A DNA stretch of 35,860 bases from a virus. Its lineage: Duplodnaviria; Caudoviricetes. The stretch covers positions 1 through 35,860 of the IMG/VR virus record IMGVR_UViG_3300016662_000067; one strand, given 5' to 3'. The position numbers and the translations under genes are program-made. The notes under the pieces were generated by a model. It saw nothing but the letters and a program-made list of their open reading frames with translations, searched no databases and was not told where the DNA came from. Below, one piece after another: positions 23,684-33,400 of the stretch (position 1 is the stretch's first letter; each line of letters begins with the position of its first letter).

Positions 23684-23883
23684 GCTGGTGGGAAATCCTC
23701 TACGTGGCCGTCGCCACGCTGCTGTTCCTCGTTCTGTACCGGGAGTTGAGCGAAGAGCCGTTCACTGTCCGCGTCTCGCTCGCAGCCCTTAGCGGCGTGG
23801 GCTGGGGCTCGTTCGTGATCATCTGTGCACTGTTCCTGTTGATCGACGTGGTCGCCATGATCGCAAAGGTCTTCCGCAAGTGA
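23680..23883 (+). CDS. Small two-helix membrane protein
   Basis: GTGA overlaps at both ends; hydrophobic; atypical codons. Confidence 0.65.
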   Translation: MSWWEILYVAVATLLFLVLYRELSEEPFTVRVSLAALSGVGWGSFVIICALFLLIDVVAMIAKVFRK

Positions 23884-24227
23884 TCGCCGGCCGCCTCACC
23901 ATGCGCGCCCGGGTCGAGCGCGACACCGCCACCGCCACCGACAGCTGGGGCGGCGCGGGCGAGCCCGTCTTCACCGTGCTCCACAACGCGCTGCCCTGCT
24001 GGGTCTACTCGCAGTCGAGCCGCGAGCTGGTCGACGGAGCCAAGACCGCGATGATCGAGGATCTGCGGATCATGATCGCTCTCGATGCCGATCTCGCCGA
24101 GGGCGACGAGATCACCGTCGTGATGGACCGCCTCGGCCGAACCATCGTGCCCGGCCGCCTGAAGGTCGAAGGGCCGGTCCAGCACAAGCACAACCACCGC
24201 GAAGCCGCGCTGCAGAGGATCGGGTGA
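23880..24227 (+). CDS. Head closure/stopper protein
   Basis: Synteny; DSWG and DLAEGDEI motifs. Confidence 0.7.
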   Translation: MIAGRLTMRARVERDTATATDSWGGAGEPVFTVLHNALPCWVYSQSSRELVDGAKTAMIEDLRIMIALDADLAEGDEITVVMDRLGRTIVPGRLKVEGPVQHKHNHREAALQRIG

Positions 24228-24682
24228 TGCGCTCGCAGTCCCTGCGCTGGAACGGCGAGGCGATCACCCGCCGGATGCGCGACGCGCAGAAGCTCGGCGT
24301 CAACGCGACGATGTCCGAGGCCGCGCAGCACGCGCGCAGCAACCATACCTGGCAGAACCGGCAGGGGCGGCTCGAGTCCTCGATCAACATCGTCACGCCT
24401 GCCCGGGAGGACGGCGCGGGCGTCGTCGGCACCTGGGGATCGACCGACGTCCGCTACGCCCTGATCCACGAGCTCGGCGGCGTGATCGTCCCGGTGCGGG
24501 CCAAGGCGCTGGCGATCCCGCAGGCGGACGGATCGGTGCGCTTCGTCAAGAGCGTGCGGATCCCGCCGCGCCCCTACCTGCGCCCGGCGGCCGACGCGAC
24601 CTATCCGAAGCTGGCGGCGAAGATCCGCAAGGCCTTCGAGCAATCCTCAGGGCCTTCTCAGGGAGGCTTCAGCGATGCCTGA
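24224..24682 (+). CDS. Neck/tail-completion protein (HK97 gp10 / Mu gpG-like)
   Basis: GRLESSI, YALIHELGG, IPPRPYLRPA. Confidence 0.85.
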   Translation: MMRSQSLRWNGEAITRRMRDAQKLGVNATMSEAAQHARSNHTWQNRQGRLESSINIVTPAREDGAGVVGTWGSTDVRYALIHELGGVIVPVRAKALAIPQADGSVRFVKSVRIPPRPYLRPAADATYPKLAAKIRKAFEQSSGPSQGGFSDA

Positions 24683-25106
24683 GATCGCCGATCTCGAAGG
24701 CGGCGTCGTCGCCTACCTCAAGACCGGGCCGTTCGTCACCGCGCTGACCGGCACCCGCATCTTCGGCGGCGAGCTGCCTGCCGCCGAGACCGCCGCGATG
24801 CCGCGCCACGCGATCGTGGTGAGGGCCTCGGGCGGCAGCTCGCTGACCGGCGAGAGCACCAACCAGCACGACACCCAGCGGCTCGACGTCTTCGCCTTCG
24901 GTCCGACCCCGCGCGAGGCTGCGCGGGTGATGCGCGCCGCCGCCTACCACCTGCGCGGCCTCACCCGCTCGGTCCACGGCGGCGTCCTGCTGCACTGGGC
25001 CGTCCCTGCCAGCGGCTCCCTCGCCGGGCGCGAGCCCGAGACCGAGTGGCCCCGCCAGTTCCAGTCCTTCCAGGTCATGCACGGCCTGCTGACAATCGAG
25101 GAGTAA
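24675..25106 (+). CDS. Tail terminator protein
   Basis: Synteny before the tail tube; RLDVFAFG.T..EA motif. Confidence 0.75.
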   Translation: MPEIADLEGGVVAYLKTGPFVTALTGTRIFGGELPAAETAAMPRHAIVVRASGGSSLTGESTNQHDTQRLDVFAFGPTPREAARVMRAAAYHLRGLTRSVHGGVLLHWAVPASGSLAGREPETEWPRQFQSFQVMHGLLTIEE

Positions 25107-25112
25107 CCAGCA

Positions 25113-25715
25113 ATGACCCCTTTTGAAATCATCGGCGCCCCGCTGACTCTCTGGGCGGCCCCGATCGGCACCGCCTTCCCGATCATCTCGGCCGCGCCGG
25201 GTGCGGCCTGGACCCGCCTCGGCACCAACGGTGACCGCAACTACGAGAACGGCGGCGTGACGGTGAACCACAGCCGCAGCTACGACAAGGTCCGCACCGC
25301 CGGCGCGACCGGCCCGGTCAAGGCGTTCCTCTCCGAGGAAGACCTGATGTTCGGCGTCACCCTTCTGGACATCACGCTCGAGCAGTATGCCTACGCGCTC
25401 AACGGCAACACCATCACCACCGTCGCCCCGGCCACCGGCGTCCCGGGCACCAAGCGCATCGGCCTCAGCGAAGCGCCGGGCCTGACCCGCGAATACGCGC
25501 TGCTCGCGCGCGGCCTCTCGCCCTACAACGAGGCGCTGCCGCTGCAGTTCGAAGTGCCGCGGTGCTTCCAGTCGGGTTCGCCGCAGCCGGTGTTCCGCAA
25601 GGGCGGCTCGGGCGCGGGTCTGGCGCTGCAGTTCACGGCGCTCGAGAACCTCTCGGCGACCAGCGCCGAGGAGCGCTTCGGCCTGATCCGCGCCGCGCAC
25701 CTGCCGGGCCTCTGA
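25113..25715 (+). CDS. Major tail tube protein
   Basis: GAGGAG SD; WTRLG, beta-rich 200 aa; no sheath gene present. Confidence 0.8.
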   Translation: MTPFEIIGAPLTLWAAPIGTAFPIISAAPGAAWTRLGTNGDRNYENGGVTVNHSRSYDKVRTAGATGPVKAFLSEEDLMFGVTLLDITLEQYAYALNGNTITTVAPATGVPGTKRIGLSEAPGLTREYALLARGLSPYNEALPLQFEVPRCFQSGSPQPVFRKGGSGAGLALQFTALENLSATSAEERFGLIRAAHLPGL

Positions 25716-25730
25716 TAGGAGGCCGGGCCG

Positions 25731-26195
25731 ATGTCCGAGGCAACCAGGGCTGCGCTGCTCGATCTCGACACGCTGGTCGAGCGGCCGTTCATCACCATCG
25801 ACGGCGAGACGGTCGAGATCCTCAACCCCGAGGAGCTCTCGGTCATCGAGAGCCACCGCTTCGGCGTCTGGGGCCGGCGGATAGAGGCGCTCACCGCCGA
25901 GACCGGCGAGGAGACCGAGAAGGAGCTCGAGCAGCTGGTCTCGGTGGTGGCGCGCAAGATCTGCGTCGGTGCCTCGGACGCGCAGTTCGGGAAGCTGCCC
26001 GGTGCCCAGCGATGGGCGATCATCGACCTTTTTACCGGGCTCCTGCTGCGATCGAAGCTGAAGGTGGCAGGAGCGATGACGGCAGCAGCTGGCGAGGCAC
26101 CGGGCTGGATTGGGGCGCTCTCATCCCCCGTCTCCAGCGGTTCTACGGCGGACGGCCGCAGGACTGGCTGGAGGCGGTTCCTGCCGGCCTGGTGA
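25731..26195 (+). CDS. Tail assembly chaperone (gpG-like)
   Basis: AGGAGG SD; between tail tube and tape measure. Confidence 0.8.
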   Translation: MSEATRAALLDLDTLVERPFITIDGETVEILNPEELSVIESHRFGVWGRRIEALTAETGEETEKELEQLVSVVARKICVGASDAQFGKLPGAQRWAIIDLFTGLLLRSKLKVAGAMTAAAGEAPGWIGALSSPVSSGSTADGRRTGWRRFLPAW

Positions 26196-26482
26196 GGGCC
26201 TTCGTGGCGATGATGCCCCGGATCGAGGCGGGCGAGACACTTGCGGCCGTGAGCCGCGCCGCGCTCACCAACAACGTCGGCTACGAAACCGAGGCGGAGC
26301 GGCAGCGCGCCTTCGAGGAGCTGCGCCGCAAGGCCACCGGCGAGGCCTCGCCGAAGCCGGCCCGCGCCGAACCGGCCGATCTGGCGGCGATGGGCGTCGC
26401 GATGGTCGGCGACGAGGCCGATCGCCCGGTGATCGCAGACCTTCAGGCGTGGCTCGGCAACGGGGAGCAGGCCGATGGCTGA
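26030..26482 (+). CDS. Frameshifted chaperone extension (gpT-like, -1 frame)
   Basis: Open -1 frame (...LIPRLQRFYGGRPQDWL...) up to the tape-measure start; slippery CCTTTTT at 26027-26033. Confidence 0.75.
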   Translation, partial: FYRAPAAIEAEGGRSDDGSSWRGTGLDWGALIPRLQRFYGGRPQDWLEAVPAGLVRAFVAMMPRIEAGETLAAVSRAALTNNVGYETEAERQRAFEELRRKATGEASPKPARAEPADLAAMGVAMVGDEADRPVIADLQAWLGNGEQADG

Positions 26483-28688
26483 ACGGCTTGGCGAGGCGCT
26501 CCTCGATCTGCGCACCAACGACGCCGGCTTCACGCAAGGCGTGACGCAGGCCGAGGGCCGGGCGCAGAAGCTCGGCGCGACGCTCGACAGGACGTCGGGC
26601 AGCTCGGCGAAGCTGGCGACCGAGATGGTCGCCACCGGCCGCAGCGCCGCCCAGATGAGCGCGGGGTTCGAGCAGGCCGGGCAGAAGGTCACCGTCTCGG
26701 CCGGCCAGCAGCGCGCGGGGCTCCAGCAGCTCAGCTTCCAGCTCAATGACATGGCGACGATGTTCGCCCTCGGCGCGCGGCCGATGCAGATCTTCGCCTC
26801 GCAGTCTGGGCAGGTGATCCAGTCGATCCAGCTGATGAGCGGCGGGACCAGCAGGCTCGCCGCCTTCCTCGGCGGCCCCTGGGGCATCGCCCTCACCTCG
26901 GCGGCGGTGGTGCTCGCGCCGTTCATCGGCAAGCTCTTCGAGGCCGAGGACGCGCTGAAGGGCGTCGAGTTCGCGAGCGACCGGCTCGGCGATGCGCAAG
27001 GCATCCTCGGCAGCGTGATGGATACCACCACCGGCAAGATCAACACCCAGTCGCAGGCGCTGCTGGCGCTCGCCCGGGCGCAGGCCGCTGCCGGCATGAT
27101 CGGCGCGTTGCAGCGCCAGGCGGCGGCGCGGGGCGAATTGCAGTCGATCAGCCAGGGCGGCTTCGGTGATCTCCGGCTCGACGGATCGCCCGGCGGTGTC
27201 CGCCTCGTCCGCGCCGATCGCGGGCAGCAGGTGGTCGAGCTGTTCCGCAGCGGCCGGCTGTCGGGCGCGGCCGCCGAGCAGCAGCTGCGCGCTCGCCGCG
27301 ACGCGGGCCTTCTCTCCGACGCGGACTACCTGCGCGCCGCGCAGGCGATCACCAGCTTCGACGTCGAGGGCGCAAACGTGAAGGTCTTCGAGGACACGCT
27401 CGCCGCTCTCGACGGGGACGCGGGCGCGGCGCGATCGATCCTCGGCCCGCAGCGCACCCGCCGCCCGCGCGGGCAGACCGGGCCGCGCGAGCGCACCGAT
27501 GCGCAGAAGCAATCGGATTTCGACAGCCAGAGCTTCAATCTCGAGCGGGACACGCTCCAGGCGAAGCTCCGGCTCGCCACCTCGGCCGACGCGCGCGCCG
27601 AGATCCAGCAGCAGCTGCTCGACCTCGAGCGCGAGCAACGCATCGCCGAGGTCGAGGCGAGCGATCTCGGGGCCGAGCGCAAGCAGGCGCTGATCGCCCA
27701 GATCGAGGCGCTGCTCGGCACCGCGCCCAAGATCGACGAGCAGGGCAACCTGATCCTGTCGGCCAATCGCGGCATCGAAGGGCAGATCATCGCCCGCGAG
27801 AAGATGGTGCAGATCGAGCGCGATGCGCAGGCTCTGGCGGACGAGGAGTTCAACGCCCGGCGCGACGCCCTCCAGCTCCAGCTCCAGCTCGCCGACACCG
27901 ACGCCGAGCGCAAGGCGATCGCGCTGAAGATCCTCGAGGCCGAGGACGCGCAGCTCAAGGCCAAGCTCGAGGCGGTGATCGCCTCGCAGACCGCGACCGA
28001 GGCGGAGAAGGCGCGCGCCCAGGTCGCGCTGTCCGCCCTCGATGCCACTGCCGGCACCCGCCGCGCGGCGGTCGGCCGCCAGAACGAGACCGAGAGCGAG
28101 CGCTACCTGCGCGACCTCAACAAGACGCCGGGCCAGATCAACGAGGCGCTGCAGGGCATCTCGATCGACGGTCTGGAGGCGCTCAACGATGGCCTCGCCG
28201 ACGCGATCACCGGGGCCAAGAGCCTTGGCGACGTCTTCAGCGACGTCGCCGACCAGATCATCGCCGACCTCGCCCGCATCGCGATCCAGCAGCTGATCAT
28301 CCGCCCGCTTGCCGGGGCGATCTTCGGCGGGATCTTCGGCGGCGGCGGTCCGGTTGACCTGCTCTCGCAGAGCTCGCTCTTCGCCGGCGGCTTCGCCAGC
28401 GGCGGGACGATCCCGACCGGCAAGTTCGCGGTGGTCGGTGAGCAAGGCCCCGAGCTGGCCTTCGCCGGACCGGGCGGGACCAGCATCCTCTCCAACCCCG
28501 AAAGCCGCAAGCTGGTGGGCGGCATGGGCGGCACCAGCGTCACGGTCCCGATCACCGTCGATGCGACCGGCGCCGACGCCGCCGCGATCGCGCGTCTCAA
28601 CGCCCGGCTCGACCAGCTCGCCAGTGAGCTGCCGGGCCGCATCGTCAGCACGGTGCAGGAAGCCCGCGAGCGGAGGGTGCTCAGATGA
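26475..28688 (+). CDS. Tail tape measure protein
   Basis: Ala-rich helical, LSFQLND...QSGQ motif, C-terminal FASGG...VVGEQGPE. Confidence 0.92.
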   Translation: MAERLGEALLDLRTNDAGFTQGVTQAEGRAQKLGATLDRTSGSSAKLATEMVATGRSAAQMSAGFEQAGQKVTVSAGQQRAGLQQLSFQLNDMATMFALGARPMQIFASQSGQVIQSIQLMSGGTSRLAAFLGGPWGIALTSAAVVLAPFIGKLFEAEDALKGVEFASDRLGDAQGILGSVMDTTTGKINTQSQALLALARAQAAAGMIGALQRQAAARGELQSISQGGFGDLRLDGSPGGVRLVRADRGQQVVELFRSGRLSGAAAEQQLRARRDAGLLSDADYLRAAQAITSFDVEGANVKVFEDTLAALDGDAGAARSILGPQRTRRPRGQTGPRERTDAQKQSDFDSQSFNLERDTLQAKLRLATSADARAEIQQQLLDLEREQRIAEVEASDLGAERKQALIAQIEALLGTAPKIDEQGNLILSANRGIEGQIIAREKMVQIERDAQALADEEFNARRDALQLQLQLADTDAERKAIALKILEAEDAQLKAKLEAVIASQTATEAEKARAQVALSALDATAGTRRAAVGRQNETESERYLRDLNKTPGQINEALQGISIDGLEALNDGLADAITGAKSLGDVFSDVADQIIADLARIAIQQLIIRPLAGAIFGGIFGGGGPVDLLSQSSLFAGGFASGGTIPTGKFAVVGEQGPELAFAGPGGTSILSNPESRKLVGGMGGTSVTVPITVDATGADAAAIARLNARLDQLASELPGRIVSTVQEARERRVLR

Positions 28689-29383
28689 TCCTTACCCAGC
28701 CCAACACCCCGAGCGGCATCGCCCGCGTCACCTTCGGCATCCAGCGCATCGATTTCGCCGCGCCCGAGGCGAGCGGCCGGCAGGGCGGCGTGCAGGCGGG
28801 CTGGCCGCTGTGGACCGTCCGCTACGAGATCGACCGCAGCGATCCGGACAGCGCGGACCTGTGGCAGGCCTTCTTCGACCGGCTGCGCGGCCGCATCCGC
28901 CGCTTCTACGCGATCGACCCGAAACGCAGCCTGCCCAAGGCCTATCGCTTCGGCTTCGCAGGCCTCGTGCGCGCCGGGACCGCCACCGCCTTCGACGGCA
29001 CGGCGACCAGCTGGTCGCAGGCGACCGACAGCCTCGGCAACGCGCTGCTCACTCTCAATGGCCTGCCCGCCGGCTTCCAGATCGGGGTCGGCGACATGAT
29101 CGGGTTCCGCTGGGACGCCTCCGACTTCGCGGCCGGCAACATGCGCCGCCGCACGATTGCGCGCGCGGTTCTCGCGGCGACCGCGACCGGCACGGGGCAG
29201 GCGCAGGTGACCATCGAGCCGCCGCTCAACACCGCGCTGGTCCCCGCAGGCGCGATCGCCCATTTCGACAACCCCGCAGCGGTGATGCAGCTGGTGCCGG
29301 ATGAGAGCCAGCTGGGTCCGGTCGGCCCCGGCGGCATCCTGTCCGGCGCGACGATCGTCGCGGTGCAGGATCTCCGGCCATGA
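28685..29383 (+). CDS. Distal tail protein
   Basis: Synteny after the tape measure; AFFDRLRG, VTIEPPL. Confidence 0.7.
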   Translation: MILTQPNTPSGIARVTFGIQRIDFAAPEASGRQGGVQAGWPLWTVRYEIDRSDPDSADLWQAFFDRLRGRIRRFYAIDPKRSLPKAYRFGFAGLVRAGTATAFDGTATSWSQATDSLGNALLTLNGLPAGFQIGVGDMIGFRWDASDFAAGNMRRRTIARAVLAATATGTGQAQVTIEPPLNTALVPAGAIAHFDNPAAVMQLVPDESQLGPVGPGGILSGATIVAVQDLRP

Positions 29384-30027
29384 AGACGCTGTCTTCCGCC
29401 GCCCTTGCCGCGCTCGACAGCGGGGCCGTGATCGTCAGCGGCGCGCTGGAGATCGCCTGCACCCCGCCGGTGCGGGTCTGGGGCGGCTATCACCCGCTGA
29501 TCCTCGACGGCAAGACCTTCGATCCGATCGGCGACCGCGGCCTTGCGCGGGTGGTGGGCGGGGCGCTCGGCGACGCGGCGCAGAACATCACCCTGAGGCT
29601 TTCGGGCATCGATCCCGAGACCGCCGCGCTCCTCGATGCGACGGGCCTGCAGGGCGCGCCCGCGACCCTCTGGCGCTTGCCGTTCTCGGGCGACGGCAAC
29701 ACCGCGCTCGACGCCGATATCTGGGCGCGCGGGCGGCTCGACACGATCGAGCGGGTCGAGGAGATCGGCGGCACCGCCGCAATCACCGCCCAGCTCGAGA
29801 CGGCTGCCAAGGGCCTCGGCCGGCGCGGGGCGCGGATGCGCTCGGACGCCGACCAGCGCCTGATCGACCCGAACGACGGCTTCTTCAAGAACACCGCCTT
29901 TGCCGGCGAGAAGACCGCCTATTGGGGCGGGCGCCGTCCGGCGCGGGCTGGCGCGGCGCTGCCCGGCACCGGCGGCGGCGGGAGTGCGGACGGTTACTTC
30001 CTGCCCACGGAGCTCAGCCCGCTGTGA
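29380..30027 (+). CDS. Tail tip / hub-associated protein
   Basis: LRLSGID, DQRLIDPNDGFF...YWG motif; synteny. Confidence 0.7.
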   Translation: MKTLSSAALAALDSGAVIVSGALEIACTPPVRVWGGYHPLILDGKTFDPIGDRGLARVVGGALGDAAQNITLRLSGIDPETAALLDATGLQGAPATLWRLPFSGDGNTALDADIWARGRLDTIERVEEIGGTAAITAQLETAAKGLGRRGARMRSDADQRLIDPNDGFFKNTAFAGEKTAYWGGRRPARAGAALPGTGGGGSADGYFLPTELSPL

Positions 30028-30440
30028 GCCGCGACCACGACGCCCTCTTCGCCCTCATCGAGGCACGCTCGCGTCGGCCCTTTGGCTGGCGCGGCGGGCG
30101 CGACTGTGTGAGCTTCGCGGCCCGATGCGCCAAGGCCCAGACCGGCATCGACCTGCTGGCCGGGGTGCCGCGCTGGAAGACCCGCCGCGAGGCGCTGGCG
30201 GCGGCTGAGGCGATGGGCGGGATTGAGGCGGCGCTCGATGCGCGGCTGACCCGCATCCCGCCGGCGATGGCCAAGCGCGGCGACATCGCGGGCCTGCCCG
30301 ATCCGCTGTTCGGGATCCGGCTGATGGTGGTCGAGGGCGAGACGCTGGTCAGCCCCGGCGACCGCGGGCTCGAGCGCCGGCCGCGCGGGCTGATGACGCT
30401 GGCCTGGTCGCTCGACGCGGAGGACGCGGCGGATGGCTAA
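30024..30440 (+). CDS. NlpC/P60-like tail assembly protein
   Basis: PFGW...DCVSFAA...TGID, AKRGDI. Confidence 0.75.
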   Translation: MSRDHDALFALIEARSRRPFGWRGGRDCVSFAARCAKAQTGIDLLAGVPRWKTRREALAAAEAMGGIEAALDARLTRIPPAMAKRGDIAGLPDPLFGIRLMVVEGETLVSPGDRGLERRPRGLMTLAWSLDAEDAADG

Positions 30441-33400
30441 GGTCATCAAGGCGGTCGCCGCCGTCGGCTTCATCGCGATCGGTGCGCTGACTGGCGGCAT
30501 CGCCTTCCTGCCGGGCACCTTCCTCGCCTTCACGGTGGGAGCGGGCACCTTCACCGCGCTGGGGCTCGCGATTGGTGCATCGCTGATCCTCCAGGCCGTG
30601 GTCGGCCGCCCGCGCCGCGCCGCCTCGGCATCGACGCTCCAGCTCGGCGAGCAGCCGCGTCAGGCGGTGCTCGGCCGGGCGGCGGTGGCTGGATCGCTGG
30701 TCGACATCTTCAGCTATGGCGGCAAATACGGCACCGACTGGGAGGTGCTGGTGATCGCGCTCGCCGATCACCGCTGCGACGCGCTCGAAGGCTTCTTCGT
30801 CGACGACACCTACGTCGCCTTCACCGCCGACGGGACGGTCGCGGGCTTCAACAACCAGCTGCAGGTGTTCTGGCGATCGGGCACGTGGGACCAGACCGTC
30901 CCCTCGATCCTCACCACCAACGGGCCGGGGTGGACCGCCAATGATCGCGGCCGGGGCGTGGCCTACGTCGTCGTCGCCTACAAGGCCGACGCTTCGGACG
31001 CCAAGAACCCGGTCTGGCCGGGCGGCCGCCCGCGCTTCCGCTGGGTGGTGCGCGGCCTCAGGTGCTATCAGGCAAGGAAGGACAGCACGGTCGGCGGCTC
31101 GGGGGCGCACCGCTGGAACGATCCCACCACCTGGGAATGGACCGAGAACCCGATCGACATCCGCTACAACTGGGTGCGCGGGATCTATGCCGGGGACCGC
31201 GTGACCGAGCCGGGGATGCTGCTCGTCGGCCGGGGCCTGTCGGCGATCGAGGCCCCGCCCGCCAACGTCTTCGCCCGCGCCAACATCTGCGACGAGGTGG
31301 TGGACGGCGCGCCGCGCTACCGGATCGGCGGCGTCGTCGCCTCGACCGAGCCCTTCATCGATGTCGAGAGCGATTTCGCCGCCGCCGTCGCCGGCACGAT
31401 CAGCCAGCCGGAAGGCGCGGTCGAGGTCAACCCGGGCGTCGCCAAGTCCCCGATCGCGAGCTTCACCGACGCGGACCTGCTGGTGGGCAGCTCGGTGACC
31501 TGGAACGAGCGGATCCTCGGCCAGCAGGACGACGACTGGCTCAACACCGTCGCCGCGCGCTTCGTCGACCCGGCCCAGCGCTGGAACGTCCGCTCGGCCC
31601 CGGTGCGCCGCGACACGGCCGACGTCATCGCCGATGGCGGCCCGCGCGAGGCGCAGCCGTCGCTCGATTTCGTCACCAACCTGCCGCAGGCGCAGCGCGT
31701 CGCCGAGATCATCCGCCGCCTCGGCCGCCTCTGGGGGCGGGCGCAGGTCACGCTGCCGCCGCGCTTCGCCTCCATCGAGGAAGGCGACTGGGTCACCTGG
31801 CAGAGCGACCGCTATTTCGACGGGGCGACGCTGACCTTCCAGGTCGAGGCATGGGGCTCCAATCAGGCGTGGCACCACCAGCTCACGCTGCGCCAGATCT
31901 CCTCGAGCGTCTATTCGGACACCGCGCCGCTGAGCGATGGGGTGATCGCGAGCAGCCAGACGCCGCCGCCGACCGTCGGCACGCCCGGCGCATCGGCATG
32001 GGTGCTGACGGCGGCGCAGATCACCGCCGGCGGGGTCCGCGTTCCCGCCTTGCTGGTGACCGGCCAGAGCGACGATCCCGCCGCCCAGGCCGTAGTGATC
32101 GAATATGTGCAGCAGACGGCGGCACCTGACGTGAGCACCCAGTGGCGCTTCGCCGCCAATGCCCGCGTCGGCCTTTCGCGGATCGAGGTGCCGGTGCCCG
32201 GCGGCGGCAGCTACTGGGTGGCGGTGTCCTACGTGGTGCAGGGCGTGCTCGGCGACCGCCGCGTCCTCGGCCCGGTGACGCTGCCCGATTTCGCCTATCC
32301 CGACGGCGTTTCGATTGCCGGGCTGAAGCCCGCTGAGGCCGGGGCCAACGTCACCGAGACCCGCGTCGCCGCTTTCATTAGCGGTCAAGGCGCTCTCGCC
32401 ACTCAGAACAACGTCAATCTCGGGACACAGGTCAGCGGGACGCTCGGCGTCCTCAATGCAGACGCGGGGCTGCGCAACAACGCGATCACCATCGACACCA
32501 ATGGTGTGCTGCTGGGGGCAGGCACTTCGGGCGTCACCGTCGACAACACTCGTGTCGCAGGCTTCGCCAATCAGGCTCTCGACAGCGAGTTCACGCTCGG
32601 CAACACTTGCTGGGGCGAAAGCTATGTCTCCGGCGGAACGTGGGACTGGAATTACTTCACCGCCCTGACCTCGAAGCGGTTCCTCGAACGGTCCAACGCG
32701 AGCGCCATCGCAGGTCAGCAGGTCAACCTCGGCCAAACCACTACCTGTGGCATTCCTGTCGTCGAAGGCGAGCGCATCGAGTGCAGCGCCATCGTGTCGT
32801 GGACGAACATGAACACCCCCAAGCTGTATGTGGGGTGGTTCACGGCTGCTGGCGTCTATGTCGGTGTTGAAGAAGTCGCAAACGCAGCGTTCGACACGCG
32901 GGTCGGCGGCTTCGTGACAGTCCCTTCCGGCTTGAACATCGCCACCGCGAAGGTCATGGTCGTCTGCTATGTCGCGGCCAACGGTTGGGCCTCGGCCCGC
33001 ATCGCCCAGCCCTTCATCCGGCGTTGCCCGACCAGCCAAGCGGCGCTGTCGGCCTACAACCCCGGCCCGCTGCACGAGCGCGGCGCGAACGTGACCGAAA
33101 CCCGCGTTGCCGCAGCAATCACCGGGCAGGGTGCACTTGCCACCTCCAACAACGTCTCATGGGGCGCTCAGGTCACCGGTCGGCCCAACGCACTCACGGA
33201 CCTCATTACGGTCGATGGCGACACACGCGTCAAGGCCCACTACATCTACGAAACCCTCAACGGCACCAATTCCTATCTGCATTCGCGCTGGCCTGCGGAG
33301 TTCGGCGCGAACGTCACCGAAACGCGGGTGTCGGCTGCGATCGCCGGACAGGGCGCGCTGGCGACGCAGAACAACGCCTCGTGGTCGCAGGTCATTTCTC

